Assembly: GCA_973895155.1 (NCBI GenBank)
Contig: OZ316891.1
Location: forward strand, 6,171,708 to 6,235,707
Direction of reading: 5' to 3'
Origin: Marsupella aquatica
Taxonomy: Eukaryota; Plantae; Marchantiophyta
Length of the DNA stretch: 64,000 bases
Shown: piece after piece, positions 1-14,200 of the stretch
How positions within the stretch are numbered: the first letter of the stretch is position 1
Layout: the number at the start of each line of letters is the position of its first letter
Program-made: the position numbers and the translations under genes
Notes under the pieces: model-generated
The model's database searches: none
The model's input: the letters and a program-made list of their open reading frames with translations, nothing else
What the model was told of the DNA's origin: nothing

Positions 1-1734
1 GCACACTAGTACATTTTACGGTCGTTTAGCGATGTTTAAACCATTGGGCGCCTTTGGGGCAATGCCACACCATTTTTTAGGTTTCCGTAACCAATTGCAT
101 CGCTACGTCCAATACTCCCAGATTGGGAATTCAACCATTGGACCTTTTTTGGAACACCCGATACGGCAACTATTGGACTTTGCGTATCTCCTCTTCTCAG
201 ATAGATTAGTGATCCGATGTCTCAAGTGTCGGAACAAGCCTCTACTTTCGCCAGGTGAAAACATTGCGTCTGACGGTAGTCTGTATGAAATTACAAGGCA
301 TATTGCGTTAAAAATGGCTATTGGACATTGCGATGGTGGAAGTAACGGAATTTTCGACAGTTTCAGTATGGGAATGTGACATATAATTGCGATTTCCCTG
401 TGTAGAGGTCATAGGAGGCACTGGACCCATGCCACCACCACCACCATGTGACGCTAGAGAGTCATGGGAAGGTCCACTCCCCCCACTTGCATGGCAAGTA
501 TGAAAGGAAGCTGCACCACCCCGACTAGCCCCATTGCCAATGGACTGCCATGATGTACCACCCCTGCTCCCTCTTGAATGGCCAGGGGCAATATGAGCAC
601 CCCCAGTCTGGGCTCAAGGGTGAGAGACACCAACACCAACGGCTGTACTCCCTCCTAACTGGCCAGGGGCAGGTTGACCACCCCCATTGCGGCCTGAGTG
701 GTGAGAGACAACACCGACACTACCTCTACTCCCTCCTGACTGACCTCCTGTTTCATTTTTATATGTTTTTCTAAAGTACTTTTGGAAAAATCTTGAAAAG
801 GGAATTTGGGCCTTGGACTCATCCCTTAGTTAAGGCTCCATGTTTATGGTGCCCATTTTTTAAGTTGATCTCAGATACTGATGACTCCCAATCTCCAGGC
901 CCATGATTTAAATTTCAAGTAAAACTCCTTGCCAAGTGCTTTGGTGATGATCTCTATGTCTATTTTGGATTGTCTGATTTGTTAAAAAAAAAGTTACATT
1001 GACATACTTCACTCAAAAGGTTTCTTAATGAAACATTAGTCATTCAAATATGAACAGACTGTTGGAGGGGTTTTTGCTAGTGAGGCTTATTGTTACTTGC
1101 GGCCAACAAGTCCAAACCTTGGTATGAGGAAAAAATTACAAGGAGTTTTTTTTACTCGTAACAGCAAAAAAACACTGTTATGAGCAAATGTTTTCCTGTT
1201 TCCTCGCATGGTAGTCATACCCCTTATTACCAGGGGATCAAACTAGACCAACATCAAACTAGGTAATTTAAGCGGGGGTAAAAGCCCCACGTACATAAGG
1301 TAGGATAAATTTAGTTGCCTACCCGGGGACATGACTGTTTTGACTGGCTGGTGATATCAGGCCACAACATATTTTGTGCTGTACCCAGAGGTATTTACTT
1401 AGTTGACCATGCCAAACTGCAATTTATTCTACCCAACTCAAGGAATCCCAAATAATAATAAATGATGTAACTTTACAAAACCCCATCTTGTTTCTGTGTG
1501 AAAACCCTCTATCCAAACCAGATTATATGGTTTTTCTAAAATACGGGTCTAGAGCCAAACTAGCTACAGACTTTTTAGAAAATTGACGAGAATTACAACA
1601 AGTTTAGGAATGTTGTGCACCAAAGACCATACTATATAACTATGTAAATCAACAAGCTTTTAAAGTGGGAACACCAATTTTCTTCAAATTCATAATTTTC
1701 TTATAGCCAACTTGTTATTTTGTATATAAATTAA

Positions 1735-1891
1735 CAGTTTTTTATTAACCTGTCCCCCTAACTTGTTGAAATTCGTAAGGTGTCCCCCAAATGATTTTAC
1801 TTACTTCCCTGCCTCCCATTCCGTATAAGGAATAGTATTTTCTCATCTTTGGGGTTCCAGATGCCAGGTGGCAAGGTGTCATTGGCCCGGA
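1735..1891 (+). repeat. Left terminal inverted repeat of the giant DNA transposon
   Basis: Reverse complement of 36941-37096; inner block gatgccaggtggcaaggtgtcattggcccgga is a perfect match, outer part is diverged. Confidence 0.85.
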
Positions 1892-2425
1892 TGTTTCTGC
1901 CCGAATCACAGTATTCATTTAAACTGGAAATTTAAAAGTCCAGATTGTGATCCTCAAATTTACATTCTTGTCTCTACAAAGTCCATTAATTTTGCTCCAG
2001 ATAAACAATTTTCATGACTAAATATACACTCTTTTTGGTTTAAAATTACACTTTTGCACTCCAAATTTGATTTTAATCAATTAATCATAATACAGAAAAT
2101 ATTAATATTAATTGTATTTGAAATTAAATAGATAAGTGACAAACATGTATCATTTGGTCAAAAACTCATGATTAAATTCAAAGTGAGATTAATCATCTCA
2201 TTTATCATAACATATATTCAAGGTTGGCTAGCCATAATGTCGATCCTACTCCAATGGTCAAGCTAGTGTAAAGTCCAAAGTAGTTCTATGACCTGTGAAA
2301 TAGAAAAATGCTTTGACATTCAAAAATGATATGTTTGTTTTCCCCATTAGGTCGGGTCGATCCAGGTTCGACCCATTGGATGAGGCCGAGTGCTACCGAG
2401 TGTCGACAAGGGCCGAACGGAAGGA

Positions 2426-4146
2426 ATGGATTAGGGTGTTCCGCCACGTCCACCAGATTCACCCACTCGGTGTTGTCATCTTGCCATTCTACAGCAATCA
2501 TTTGGACGACTGCATCGCTCGTGACTGGTCCAGCCTGGGCCGGTCTAGCCGCACTCGTTCGAGCAGCGATTACCAACGGACAGTTGGCCGTGGAATGAGC
2601 CTCCGTTTTGCAAACTTGACATAGTGGGGTGCCTCGGCCATCTCCCTGACGTCTTGGTTCGGTGCATTCCCTCGCAAAGTGTCCTGGCTTTTCACAGTTG
2701 TAACAAACCGGGGACCGCCAAATCCCTGGCTTAGGAGGGATGCTCGGGTTACTGATAACCTGGAAACTCCGGCCATTACTTGGGTAGGGGTACGCAGTTC
2801 TACCCGCTAAATTACGCGGACCAACCGTTGAAATCTGGTACACGGAATCAGGAGGGTCCTCAAAGAAATACTCCGTGGACTCCGATTCGGGGCCCGGGTT
2901 GTCAACATCATCCAGCTCTCTGGTGAACTCGGTTCTTCCACCTTGGGCATTCCTGCACCACATGGCCGGATTGGAAGCACTTTGAACACCACGCATGGGC
3001 TCGAATCTCAGATGGCTTCTTCTTCTCCACCGGCTTCTCCGCAAGATGTACTGACAGTGCTTTGAGTCGATCCGTGATTTCGTTCAGCTTGTCTGCTTCG
3101 GCAGCCTTTGGATCTGGTATCGTTCTTCGCGCCCGGGGTTTAATCTTCCCCTCCTTCTTCACTCGTCTCTTCTTCTTTTTGCTCCGGCTTTCGCTCTCCA
3201 AGTCACTTCCTGATGAACTGGAGGTAGAGGATCCGATGCTTGAAGCTGAATCCGAACTGGATTCCGTCTCGGAGCTGGACGAGGTCGAACGATGTTTCTT
3301 CTTCTTCTTCCGTTTCTTCTTTCTCTCGTCGTCCGATTCGGAGTCACTGTCACTGAAGGTTTCGTACTTACCCTTCCTGCGGCGTGCTCGCTGGCTCCGC
3401 CGGGAGTTATAGGTGGACTCCCGGTAAGTTTCGGCGCACGCTATGGCCGCCTGCATTGAAATTGGATTATTCTGGCGTACCCAGAATTGCATATTCGTGG
3501 GCAAACCATGAAGGAACCATGTAAGCTGGAGCGCGTCTCCTGGCCAGGGCCGGATCTTGGCCGCAAGTTTCTGAAACTTCTGAATGAACTTCCGCAGGGA
3601 CTCTTTTTTTCCCATGCGAAGCTGGCCAATCTTTAATAGAGAACGTTGTTCTGATCCAATGGCACGAAACTCCTGCAGCAATGCAGCTTGGAATTGTGCC
3701 CAGGTAGTCCCGGGTGGTAACGAGTTGTACCATGGACGAGCTTCTCCCCGCATTACTCCCGGGAGGACGGTTAGCTTAATGGCGTCTTCCCCATTAGCTT
3801 TAGCAGTGGCTTCAAACTCATCCAACCATTCATCCGGATCATCCCCATGACGCCCTTTGAAAGGTCGATAATGAAATCGCGATCGTTGCGATATTTGTGG
3901 AGGCGCCTGAGCAGCGCGGGCCACCGGTGGAGCGGTTGCCATAGGTGGTGGTGGTGGTGGTGGTGGTGGTGGTGGAACCGCAGCAGGGCCGGTCGAACCG
4001 GACCCCGAAGATCCCGGGGGTATGTTCATACGTCGGGACGATTGCGAGTCCTCCGAGCCCGACGAGTCGGAGCTTGTTGTGGTTGCACTTTCTCGTTCGC
4101 TGGTCAATCTCCTCAAGTAAGCTGCTTGAGAACGAGTGACGGGCAT
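2426..4146 (-). pseudogene. gag: Truncated second gag copy (capsid-like region, three CCHC knuckles), frameshifted near 2920
   Basis: Near-identical to 12518-14238; ccagctctctggtg versus ccagctctacttggtg in the other copy (net 2-bp loss); cut off at ~2425. Confidence 0.9.
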
Positions 4147-4239
4147 TTACTCATATAAATGCAATGGTTAGTACTACGTCCTGATGTATCCTGCCTAGGT
4201 GAATACGCACATGTCTCCCCTCTACGATATGTAGAGTGC

Positions 4240-4257
4240 CCCCTCCATCTAGCGCCA
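4240..4257 (-). other. Primer binding site (tRNA-Asn-like) of the second internal copy
   Basis: Minus strand TGGCGCTAGATGGAGGGG, 12 nt after the LTR end; one mismatch to the plant tRNA-Asn 3' end as I recall it (CCCCTCCTTCTAGCG-CCA). Confidence 0.75.
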
Positions 4258-4269
4258 AAACAAAGGCTA

Positions 4270-7200
4270 TGTCACGTCGTAGGCTTCGGCCTTAACTCAG
4301 ACTTCAGCTTAGACAGGCACATCCCTCGTAAATCTGAGGGTTCGGGCAGGAAGGGAAGCACGTAATGCACCTTATTCTTGTAAACTAGCGCTAAGTGCGC
4401 ATACTGCTAAATACGGACACCTCCTAGGTATGGTTTGTGTTCTGCCGCCGGAACGTACCTTAGTCGATAGCAGGATCGACCCCGGCTTAAGGGCTTCTAA
4501 GCCTTCGTGCTGTCCGCCTTCGATCCGGATTCGATGATACAGGTCCTCAACCCATGCTCGCAACCACTTACCCGCAGGCTGCACCCTGTGCACGTCTCGG
4601 GTAGTGCGTTCGGCCCGGCGCTGCCACCCATATACGAGAAACCCACACACATATGCGCACACATGCATACAATCTCGATTTACACGAAGGAAAAATGATG
4701 GGAAAGGATTTTTACTACAAAGGGAACATATGCGTACACTTAGTTGACACGACAGCCCTGGAATGCACAGGTTCAAGGCCAAGGGTGCACACTACAACGG
4801 AGCCCGGCTCCGCACTCGCCCGGCAAGCTTAGTCCTACCCCCTCCCCTTGGTACTCTGTCATTCCCAGAGGTCGGGACTCCCCGCATGTCCCGCGGATGT
4901 CCGACTCTGAAACTAAAAACCCCCCCTGCCTCTACCGAGGGGTGCACTAAATACTAAGAGCCAAGGAACGGGGCGTCCTCCCGCCGAAGATTCGCTGACC
5001 AAGGTCCTAACTAAGCTGACAGTCAGGCCGGAAAACGGCTGTGTCTTATTAGAAGATCCTAATCTACGCAGGCTGGACAGCAGGGCAGCGCTGCCGTACC
5101 TAAGGCAGGTGCCTGTCCCAAGAGCCTGACTAAGCCAATCCTAATCCTAATCTATTCCTACTCCGCCGCTAATGCCTGGCACGCTTGCCAGAGCCGCCCG
5201 AATGGGAACGGCCATCCCGCTGCCTTCGAAGCCTGTCATTGTCCGCTTTGAGGAGCTGGACCTGGTCCAGCAGAGATTCGTTCTCTCGCCTCGCCGCGTC
5301 CGTCTCCTCTGCTGCCTCCTGACATGCCTCCTCCAGCTGCTGGGCGTCGCTCGCCAGTTTACTCGCCAGCTGGTCCTGCTTCTCGGCCTCGGTTTGGAGC
5401 CGCGCCATCTCGGCCTGCAGTGTGGCTATCTCCGTCGCGTCCCGCTGGGCTCGCTCCTCGGCCTCCTCCAGGTCTTTCTGCCAGGTGACAGCTTGTTTCT
5501 TCAAACTGTCAATCTGGTTCCGGAGTCGTGTAATCTCGGCCTCATTCCCAGCTTTGGCCTGTTCGGCTAGGGCGGTAAGAGCGTACGCCTTTGCTAACAA
5601 CTCATCGGCGGCTGCAACCTTGGGTCGTAGTTGCATAAGCTCAGCCTCTTGAGCCGCCACTTCGTTCTTTAGGTACACGGACTCCACCCGGTACCGCTCT
5701 ATCCTCTGAAGGGCCTCCGACTGGGCCCGCCCTGCCTTTACGGCGACAACCAACTCCTGATTGAAGAAACAGGCTACCTTCCGAGCCATGAACTCCCCGG
5801 TATCCCGGGCAATTTGATGAGAGAAATCTCCCAGAAGCCCGTTCAGAAACGTACCCTGTACGAAGAGTTCCGGGTGGTCCAAGTTGTGCCTGTCCGGATT
5901 TGGGCACGGGCAGACATCAACACGCGCAGGGGCCGGGGCAGTGACGTCCAGCCCTGGGGACATAACGTTGGAAGGGGCCGGAGTATCCTCCTGCAGCGAT
6001 GTCCGGTTTTCCAGAATTGCCACCGACGGGTCCTTGGGAGACCCGGGTTTGGGTAAGACCTCTGCCGTACCAACTTCTGTACTTAGCCCGGCTAGTTGGG
6101 TCGCATCAACGGTTGCGACGACCGACCCCTCCGGCGCCTCCTCGGTTACGATTACAGCTATTTGTGGAGGTGGGGTGGGTGAAGCTGGCGTGTCCACTGG
6201 ACTTCGGGCCTCGGGTTGGGGTCGTCTCTCCAATGCCGGAAAAACCCACCTAGCTGGGACCAGCTTTGTAACGTTGATGCGGGGAAGGGTTCGTCGATCA
6301 AACCGGGCATACCACTCAAGAATGATTTCGATGTGGCTAGCGAAATACGCCTTCCCGCCAATGTACAGCGTCTTCCTTCGCCGCTCCATCTCTTCATGGA
6401 ATTTCTTAGCGAAGTACGACGCCCACTTCCTAGGTCGATAGTTCTCGACCTGGATGACCTGGGCGGCGGAGATCTCCCCCCGGGGTTCCATCAAGTGGAG
6501 AGCGTACCTCTGGAACTCCAGCCGCTCAGCTATCTCGGGCATGAGGCAGGTCCTCATCACGAACCCGTTGTCTACTGATCCCTCTGAGGGAAAACTTGAA
6601 GATTGGTACTTGGCCCCCTTGCCCCCGGGAGCCCGTGATTCGACTCGATGGTCACCTTCGGGTAACCCGAAGATCATCTTGAGCCGTTCTTCTGTGAGGG
6701 ACATATTCCTTCCCCGCAGCCGAGTCTGTTGACGTACGTCGTCATAATTCTTGACGAATTCTGTCATGTCCTCCCCGTAGTACCTGCAAGTGTTCCAGGG
6801 GAGAGAGGCGAGGTGCTCAAATCCCTGAGTCTTCAGGTACACCGCATGCTTGGGATGGAGGATGTTGCTGTGAACGTTTTCCCCCATGCGATGCATCGTT
6901 ACCTTGGCTACGGCTACCGTGGCTAACGGTAACCCGGATGCACTGGCGGATTCCTTTCTCTTCTTTCCCCGTGACTAACTCGGGGAAGGTGATACTTCCC
7001 CATCCTCCCGATCGGGCCTGGGGAGTGCCACTGCGGTTGGTAACGGGCCCGGGGCGGCCACGGTCACCATGTTGTCTGCTGGGGCCGCTCCTGGGGTCAG
7101 AGCAGGGGGTGGGGACGGTATAGTGTCGGCCCCCCGAGCGCTTGTTCCTCTGGGCCGCCTGGTCAAGGGTGGGGTAGCCTCGTCGTCATCGCTAAGATCC

Positions 7201-8271
7201 ACAGCGTTGATGACGGAGCGTACCTGTGCTGGCTGGGTGATAGGTGGTGGGGTTTGGCTAGGCTGCGGCTGAGGCTGAAGCTGAAGCTGAGGTTGCATGG
7301 GCACGGGTACGGGTACGGGTCCGGCTGAGTTGGTCATGTTGGTTGATGGCCGAGTTCCCATGAAGCTCTGTAGGTGCTGGTAGAAGTTCTCCGAAGCGAG
7401 TGCGGACGCCCTTGTCGAACGGTTGGTACTGGACTCGCCGTTAATGACTGCCCGAACCTGGGCAGGGATGTGGTCGAAGTGATGTCGCTGCAGGTCGATT
7501 GTACCCGGGATATTGAAGACCTCGTCCGGAAGCCGAAGCAATGCTTCCCAGAACCCGATATATTTGTCTCCGTCAAAGAACTACCCAAATACCTCAGCTG
7601 GTCGGTAAAGCTCGCTCTGAGACGGGTAGTCAAAGTTAAGGACGTAGTGGTGTCGTCCTGCTAGGCGGATGGCTCTCTCGTATTCGCGTTCGATCTCGTA
7701 TCGGCGTGGGTTGGCGTGTTTCAATGAATCGGCCAAGTGCCTTCCGGTAGATAGGAACTGCGTCCAGAATCGAATGGCCGAGCTGGAGAGGATCGTGTGC
7801 GACATTCAGAGGAGATAGTAGTGGCGACCTAGAGAGAACGAGAGAGCTGGGGTCGAAGCTGGCGCGCGGACTGATGGACTGGTGCACTACAAAGGGTTGG
7901 CTCCCCTTTTATACTTTGAGGGCTTGTCGATCCCCGACGTCTCCTCGACGCCCATAGGTTGAACCGCTCACGCTTGTGGTGTACCAGCCACTCCGCCGGT
8001 CTGAGTCAGCGTGCGTCAGTGGCCGCTTCCTTAAGTTCGTTATACGGACCCGAGGGAGGGGCCCCTCCATGCTCATAACCCGGGTGTGCGAATAGCGACC
8101 CGCCGCCAGCCCGAACCTGAAGTCCCCCTTATTGTCTAATGATGTCCTACCCCTAATGATTACCTAAATACTGTCGTTATGCTAATAATAGCGGCCTAAG
8201 ACCCACCTAACGCGCGTGCCGAGCGCAGTTAGACTGAATCACTCATTAACCGTCGTACCGGCGGCGTCACA
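4270..8271 (-). repeat. LTR (4002 bp), shared middle LTR of the tandem
   Basis: Minus strand starts TGTGACGCCG directly after a purine-rich tract and ends CGACGTGACA before the PBS; near-identical to 14362-18364. Confidence 0.9.
5169..7805 (-). pseudogene. In-LTR accessory ORF, disrupted copy with two nonsense codons
   Basis: Colinear with the 878-aa ORF at 15262-17898; TAC>TAG at ~7581 and CAG>TAG at ~6975. Confidence 0.9.
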
Positions 8272-11200
8272 TAGCTCCCTGCTTAATTGTGAAGCGTCCT
8301 CGCGAACATCGCTATCGGCGTCGTCATCTTGATGGTGGTACTTTTTTACACGATCGTAGCTGATTCGCGTGGGGAGTAAATTGCCGGCATACGTCGCAAG
8401 CTCCAAAGATCCGTTTCGGTAGATCTGATTGACAAGGAAGGGCCCCAACCACCGGGTATGCAGCTTCCCTGGAAACTGCATGTACCTACTATCGTACAGA
8501 AGGACTAGATCGCCTGCCACGACGTCGACCCTCCGTAGTCCTTTGTCGTGCTGCTTCTTCGAAGTTGCCTGTTTCTTCACGGTGTGTCGAGCTGCCAGTA
8601 GCCGTGCTTCTTCCAAGGCTTCAATCTGATAAGCTCGGTCTGACAGACTTTCAGATTCAGGTAAGCGATCCCGAATGCTGACCCGTGGAGTGTGCACTTC
8701 AAATTCGACGGGCACCAACGAATGTTGGCCGAACACCAGAAAGTACGGGCTATGACTCGTAGTAGTTTTGTAAGCTAGATTATACGAGTACACCGCCGCG
8801 TACAACTTATCATCCCAATCCGTTTTGTGCGCAGCTACAGTTTTGTTGAGGATCTTCCCAATGATACCATTTGCTCTCTCCGCCATCCCGTTGGCTTTAG
8901 GATGATATGGGGTAGTCTTGCGGTGCTTGACTAGGTAACGCTCCGTAAGCTGGGCTACGGTGTCATTGAGGAAGTGGGTTCCACGGTCGCTTACCAATTC
9001 TAAGGGCGGTCCGAATCGGGTGAAAATCTGTTCGTATAAGAATCTGGCACTGGTTGCGGCGTCGTCCTTTACCGTAGCCCGCGCTTCGACCCATTTGGTG
9101 GAGTAATCAATAGCTAATAGGATGTATCTGCACCTTCGCCTTCGGGTAACGGGAGTGAACGGTCCGATATAATCAATTCCCCATTTTTCGAATGGTGCCA
9201 ATGGAAGCACAGATGTGAGCGGGTGATGATGAGCCCGCCTCGGGGCCCCCGCTCGCTGACACAAGTCACAGCCCTTAATGAAGCGCTGTACATCCCGATG
9301 CAACGTAGGCCACCAATACCCCGAGTCCAGAATCTTTCGGGCTGTCGTAACTGCCGCGAAATGGCCTCCAGCTTCTTCTTCATGCAGGGCCCGTATCACG
9401 ATAAGTGTCTCCTTATACTCTAAGCAGCGTCGTAACTTTCCGTTAATACCTTCCTTATGTAGGTGACCCTGTATCATGACGTAAGGCCCGGCTTTCCGTA
9501 AAAACACAGCGGCGGCCTCCTGATTGATGCCGTCAGGGATGCGGCCCGTTAAAAGGAAGGTGATTATTGAGCCGTACCACGTTGGTGTCCCTTCCCCTAC
9601 GTGGAACAACTCCTCATCCGGAAAAATATCATCAATAGGCTGATCGACTGGTACGCCGTCCAGTCGTGAAAAGAAATCGGCATTGAGGTGTACCCTTCCT
9701 GGCCGAACCCGAACTTCGTAATTAAATTCCTGGAGAAGTAGCACCCACCGGGCTATCCGTCCTGTCACATCCGCTTTGTTGACCATGTACTTCAGGCTAT
9801 CATGATCCGTGTGGAAAATGACCTTGTAGCCTAGCAGATAGTGTCGGAACTTTTTACACGAGTAGATTATTCCCAAAGCTTCTCGATCAGTGGGGGAATA
9901 ATTCTTTTCGGCTGCAAATAGTTGACGGCTAGCGAAATAGATGGGGTGATCACGTCCATCCTCATCTAGCTGACTAAGTACGGATCCGATACAGAACCCT
10001 GACACATCGACATACACGTGGAACTCCTTATTCCAGTCTGGGGTGACCATGATAGGCGCGGTGGTGAGTCGTTTACGGAGTTCCTCAAAAGCAATCCGTC
10101 TCCGGGGTGTTTCCTCGACCGCTGCGTCCTTCTTCATCATCTCAGTTAAGGGCAACACAATTTTAGCAAAGTCTTTAATGAACCGGCGGTAATACCCTAC
10201 GCAGCCCAAGAAGGATCGTACTGCTTTTTGATCCAAGGGGAACACCACCGCCATCCAGGCCGCAACTTTCTCTTGGTCCACCTCAATGCCCCATTTGGAC
10301 ACACGATGCCCGAGTAACACCCCCTCCTCTACCCCGAAGAAGCATTTGGCGGGATGTAGTTTGAGGTTAACATCTCGGCATCGTTGCAACGTTCGTCGTA
10401 GGTGTTCGGGGTGCATGGCAACGGTTCCGAAGATGGCAAAGTCATCGATAAATATCTCCAAAAATTCCCGTAGGAAATCGTGGAAGATATTCATCATAAG
10501 GCGCTGAAACATAGCCGGGGCGTTACACAGACCAAAAGGCATCCTCCGAAATGCGAACGTTCCCCACTCCGTAGTGAACGTTGTTTTGAGCTGATCCGCG
10601 AGACGAATCCAGATTTGGTTATAACCTGAATACCCGTCAAGAAATGTATAGATTTCATTTCGGGCCACCATATCTAGAACCATATCCGTGAATGGTAATG
10701 GGTAATGGTCTTTTCGGGTTGCGTCATTCAGCTTACGGTAGTCCTGACAGATACGAATCTTAGGTTTTCCATCCGTACCTCCCTTCTTTGGTACAATGAC
10801 AATGGGAGAGACCCAGTCGCTGGCCATTACCGGGTAAATGATATCGGCGGCGAGGAGACGATCAATTTCCTCCTTCACTAAGATGGAGTACCTCGGATTC
10901 ATGCGACGTTGTCGCTGTCGTACCGCATGGGCTCCTAGGTTCAGATCGATTGTGTGTTCTCCCAACTCGGGGGAGACGCCTGTTAAATCATGATGACTCC
11001 ATGCAAACACATCTTCATATTCCTTGAGCAAAGCTTGGATGGCTTTTTCAGCCTTCCCCGTCAAAGCGTGGCCCAGGTTAAAAGATTTGTCCATCCCAAT
11101 AGTGTACTTCCGGTAGTGCTCCTTCCTGATGACTTCAACCTGGTTTCGCAGACTCGGGTCCAGGCTCGCGTCAAGCTCAGCTAACCGAACCCCTCCGTAC

Positions 11201-14200
11201 ATGGGTGGGACCGGGATTGGTCTCGGGATGGGGTTTACTTCCTCCAATTGCGGAATGGACGGATCCCATGAGACTCGCTTTTTATGTCTCGGTCTCAAGT
11301 TTTCGGCCTCAGGCGGTTGTTGGGCTGGTTCATGGTTACAAGGCTCTGAAATGGAAGGAGTAGCCACGGCTCCCTGCTTGGCTGGAGCCGTGTCCTCCGT
11401 CTCGACGAGTTGTTCGTGCGTTTCCTCATCCCCGACAGTAGATGTACTTGGGGTGGACTCAATGGCAGCCCTCGGGTAATTTAGGAGATGTGTTTCTCGG
11501 GTTGCTTCAACTCCGAAGACATCTTCCTCGGATAGGGACGAGATGAGTTTGATCATATTGAGTTCCTCTTCCTCCGAGGTCTCCGAATCATATTCCTCGG
11601 GTCCTTGTGGGGTTTCTCCCTGATAATCGTCCATTGCCCAGGATACCCGTACGGTGGGTTCCCCGAACCGTAGCTCCTTCTTTCCCCAATCCGTGACTAC
11701 ACGGCCACCGTACAGCCACGGCCTGCCCAGAAGAACCGGATAAGAGGAGGGACGAACCGGCCTCATGACTAAGAAGTTGAGATAGAACTCTACCCCTCCC
11801 ACCAGAGTGAGCACTCGTGTGAGCGTGCCTAATGGGAGGACCCTTGCCCCGTTTGCTAATCTGATAGCTCGGGCCGTGGGTTGATACGTGAGGTATCCTA
11901 ACTTGACTGACGTTTCTTCAGTCATGATGTTGACTCCCGCTCCTCCGTCTACAAGGACCATCTTGATGGTACAGTTATTAATTTCGATCGAGATGTCCGG
12001 CGCTCCAAGGTCCTCGCATATCATGTTGCAGTCCGCACTCCCAACTCGGGGTAGTCTTCTCCTTCGGCGACCCATGAGCAACTCCCTCAGTTGTCGTCTG
12101 TACTGTGGGTTGTTCTGCAACAGTTGCCCCACCGTCGCTGTAACCGGGCAACTCTTCACGTCCTCCTTAATATCATAGTCCTCCTTTGTTTCTTTCGTTG
12201 GCTGCTGCTTGGCTTCCTCTTGTTTATCTTGCTTTTCTTGCTCCTGACGCCGGGCTGTCTCGGCTGCTTTGATGTCCTTATCGATTGCCTTCTGGTATTT
12301 CTGAGCTTCGTAAGCCTCCAGCTGTTTCTTTACCAATTCTTCGATGCGGGGGAAAAATAGCTTCGGGTCATCCCGTCGGTAGTCATCGTCCTTTTCCGGG
12401 GGTATATATATCGCTGGCTGCACTGGAGTAGTATCTTGCTTTTTCCTCCGTTTCTCCTCCGTCTTTTCTTCCTTCCGTTCGGCCCTTGTCGACACTCGGT
12501 AGCACTCGGCCTCATCCAATGGATTAGGGTGTTCCGCCACGTCCACCAGATTCACCCACTCGGTGTTGTCATCTTGCCATTCTACAGCAATCATTTGGAC
12601 GACTGCATCGCTCGTGACTGGTCCAGCCTGGGCCGGTCTAGCCGCACTCGTTCGAGCAGCGATTACCAACGGACAGTTGGCCGTGGAATGAGCCTCCGTT
12701 TTGCAAACTTGACATAGTGGGGTGCCTCGGCCATCTCCCTGACGTCTTGGTTCGGTGCATTCCCTCGCAAAGTGTCCTGGCTTTTCACAGTTGTAACAAA
12801 CCGGGGACCGCCAAATCCCTGGCTTAGGAGGGATGCTCGGGTTACTGATAACCTGGAAACTCCGGCCATTACTTGGGTAGGGGTACGCAGTTCTACCCGC
12901 TAAATTACGCGGACCAACCGTTGAAATCTGGTACACGGAATCAGGAGGGTCCTCAAAGAAATACTCCGTGGACTCCGATTCGGGGCCCGGGTTGTCAACA
13001 TCATCCAGCTCTACTTGGTGAACTCGGTTCTTCCACCTTGGGCATTCCTGCACCACATGGCCGGATTGGAAGCACTTTGAACACCACGCATGGGCTCGAA
13101 TCTCAGATGGCTTCTTCTTCTCCACCGGCTTCTCCGCAAGATGTACTGACAGTGCTTTGAGTCGATCCGTGATTTCGTTCAGCTTGTCTGCTTCGGCAGC
13201 CTTTGGATCTGGTATCGTTCTTCGCGCCCGGGGTTTAATCTTCCCCTCCTTCTTCACTCGTCTCTTCTTCTTTTTGCTCCGGCTTTCGCTCTCCAAGTCA
13301 CTTCCTGATGAACTGGAGGTAGAGGATCCGATGCTTGAAGCTGAATCCGAACTGGATTCCGTCTCGGAGCTGGACGAGGTCGAACGATGTTTCTTCTTCT
13401 TCTTCCGTTTCTTCTTTCTCTCGTCGTCCGATTCGGAGTCACTGTCACTGAAGGTTTCGTACTTACCCTTCCTGCGGCGTGCTCGCTGGCTCCGCCGGGA
13501 GTTATAGGTGGACTCCCGGTAAGTTTCGGCGCACGCTATGGCCGCCTGCATTGAAATTGGATTATTCTAGCGTACCCAGAATTGCATATTCGTGGGCAAA
13601 CCATGAAGGAACCATGTAAGCTGGAGCGCGTCTCCTGGCCTGGGCCGGATCTTGGCCGCAAGTTTCTGAAACTTCTGAATGAACTTCCGCAGGGACTCTT
13701 TTTTTCCCATGCGAAGCTGGCCAATCTTTAATAGAGAACGTTGTTCTGATCCAATGGCACGAAACTCCTGCAGCAATGCAGCTTGGAATTGTGCCCAGGT
13801 AGTCCCGGGTGGTAACGAGTTGTACCATGGACGAGCTTCTCCCCGCATTACTCCCGGGAGGACGGTTAGCTTAATGGCGTCTTCCCCATTAGCTTTAGCA
13901 GTGGCTTCAAACTCATCCAACCATTCATCCGGATCATCCCCATGACGCCCTTTGAAAGGTCGATAATGAAATCGCGATCATTGCAATATTTGTGGAGGCG
14001 CCTGAGCAGCGCGGGCCACCAGTGGAGCGGTTGCCATAGGTGGTGGTGGTGGTGGTGGTGGTGGTGGAACCGCAGCAGGGCCGGTCGAACCGGACCCCGA
14101 AGATCCCAGGGGTATGTTCATACGTCGGGACGATTGCGAGTCCTCCGAGCCCGACGAGTCGGAGCTTGTTGTGGTTGCACTTTCTCGTTCGCTGGTCAAT

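Noticed and set aside
1-780. Short ORFs and an imperfect ~84-bp duplication near 550-740
   Set aside because: No recognisable domain or element boundary, and the region is cut by the window edge.
8239-13551. Assignment of the retroelement to Tat/Ogre or to chromoviruses
   Set aside because: No additional archaeal-type RNase H and no chromodomain were seen; lineage left as non-chromovirus pending an RT phylogeny.
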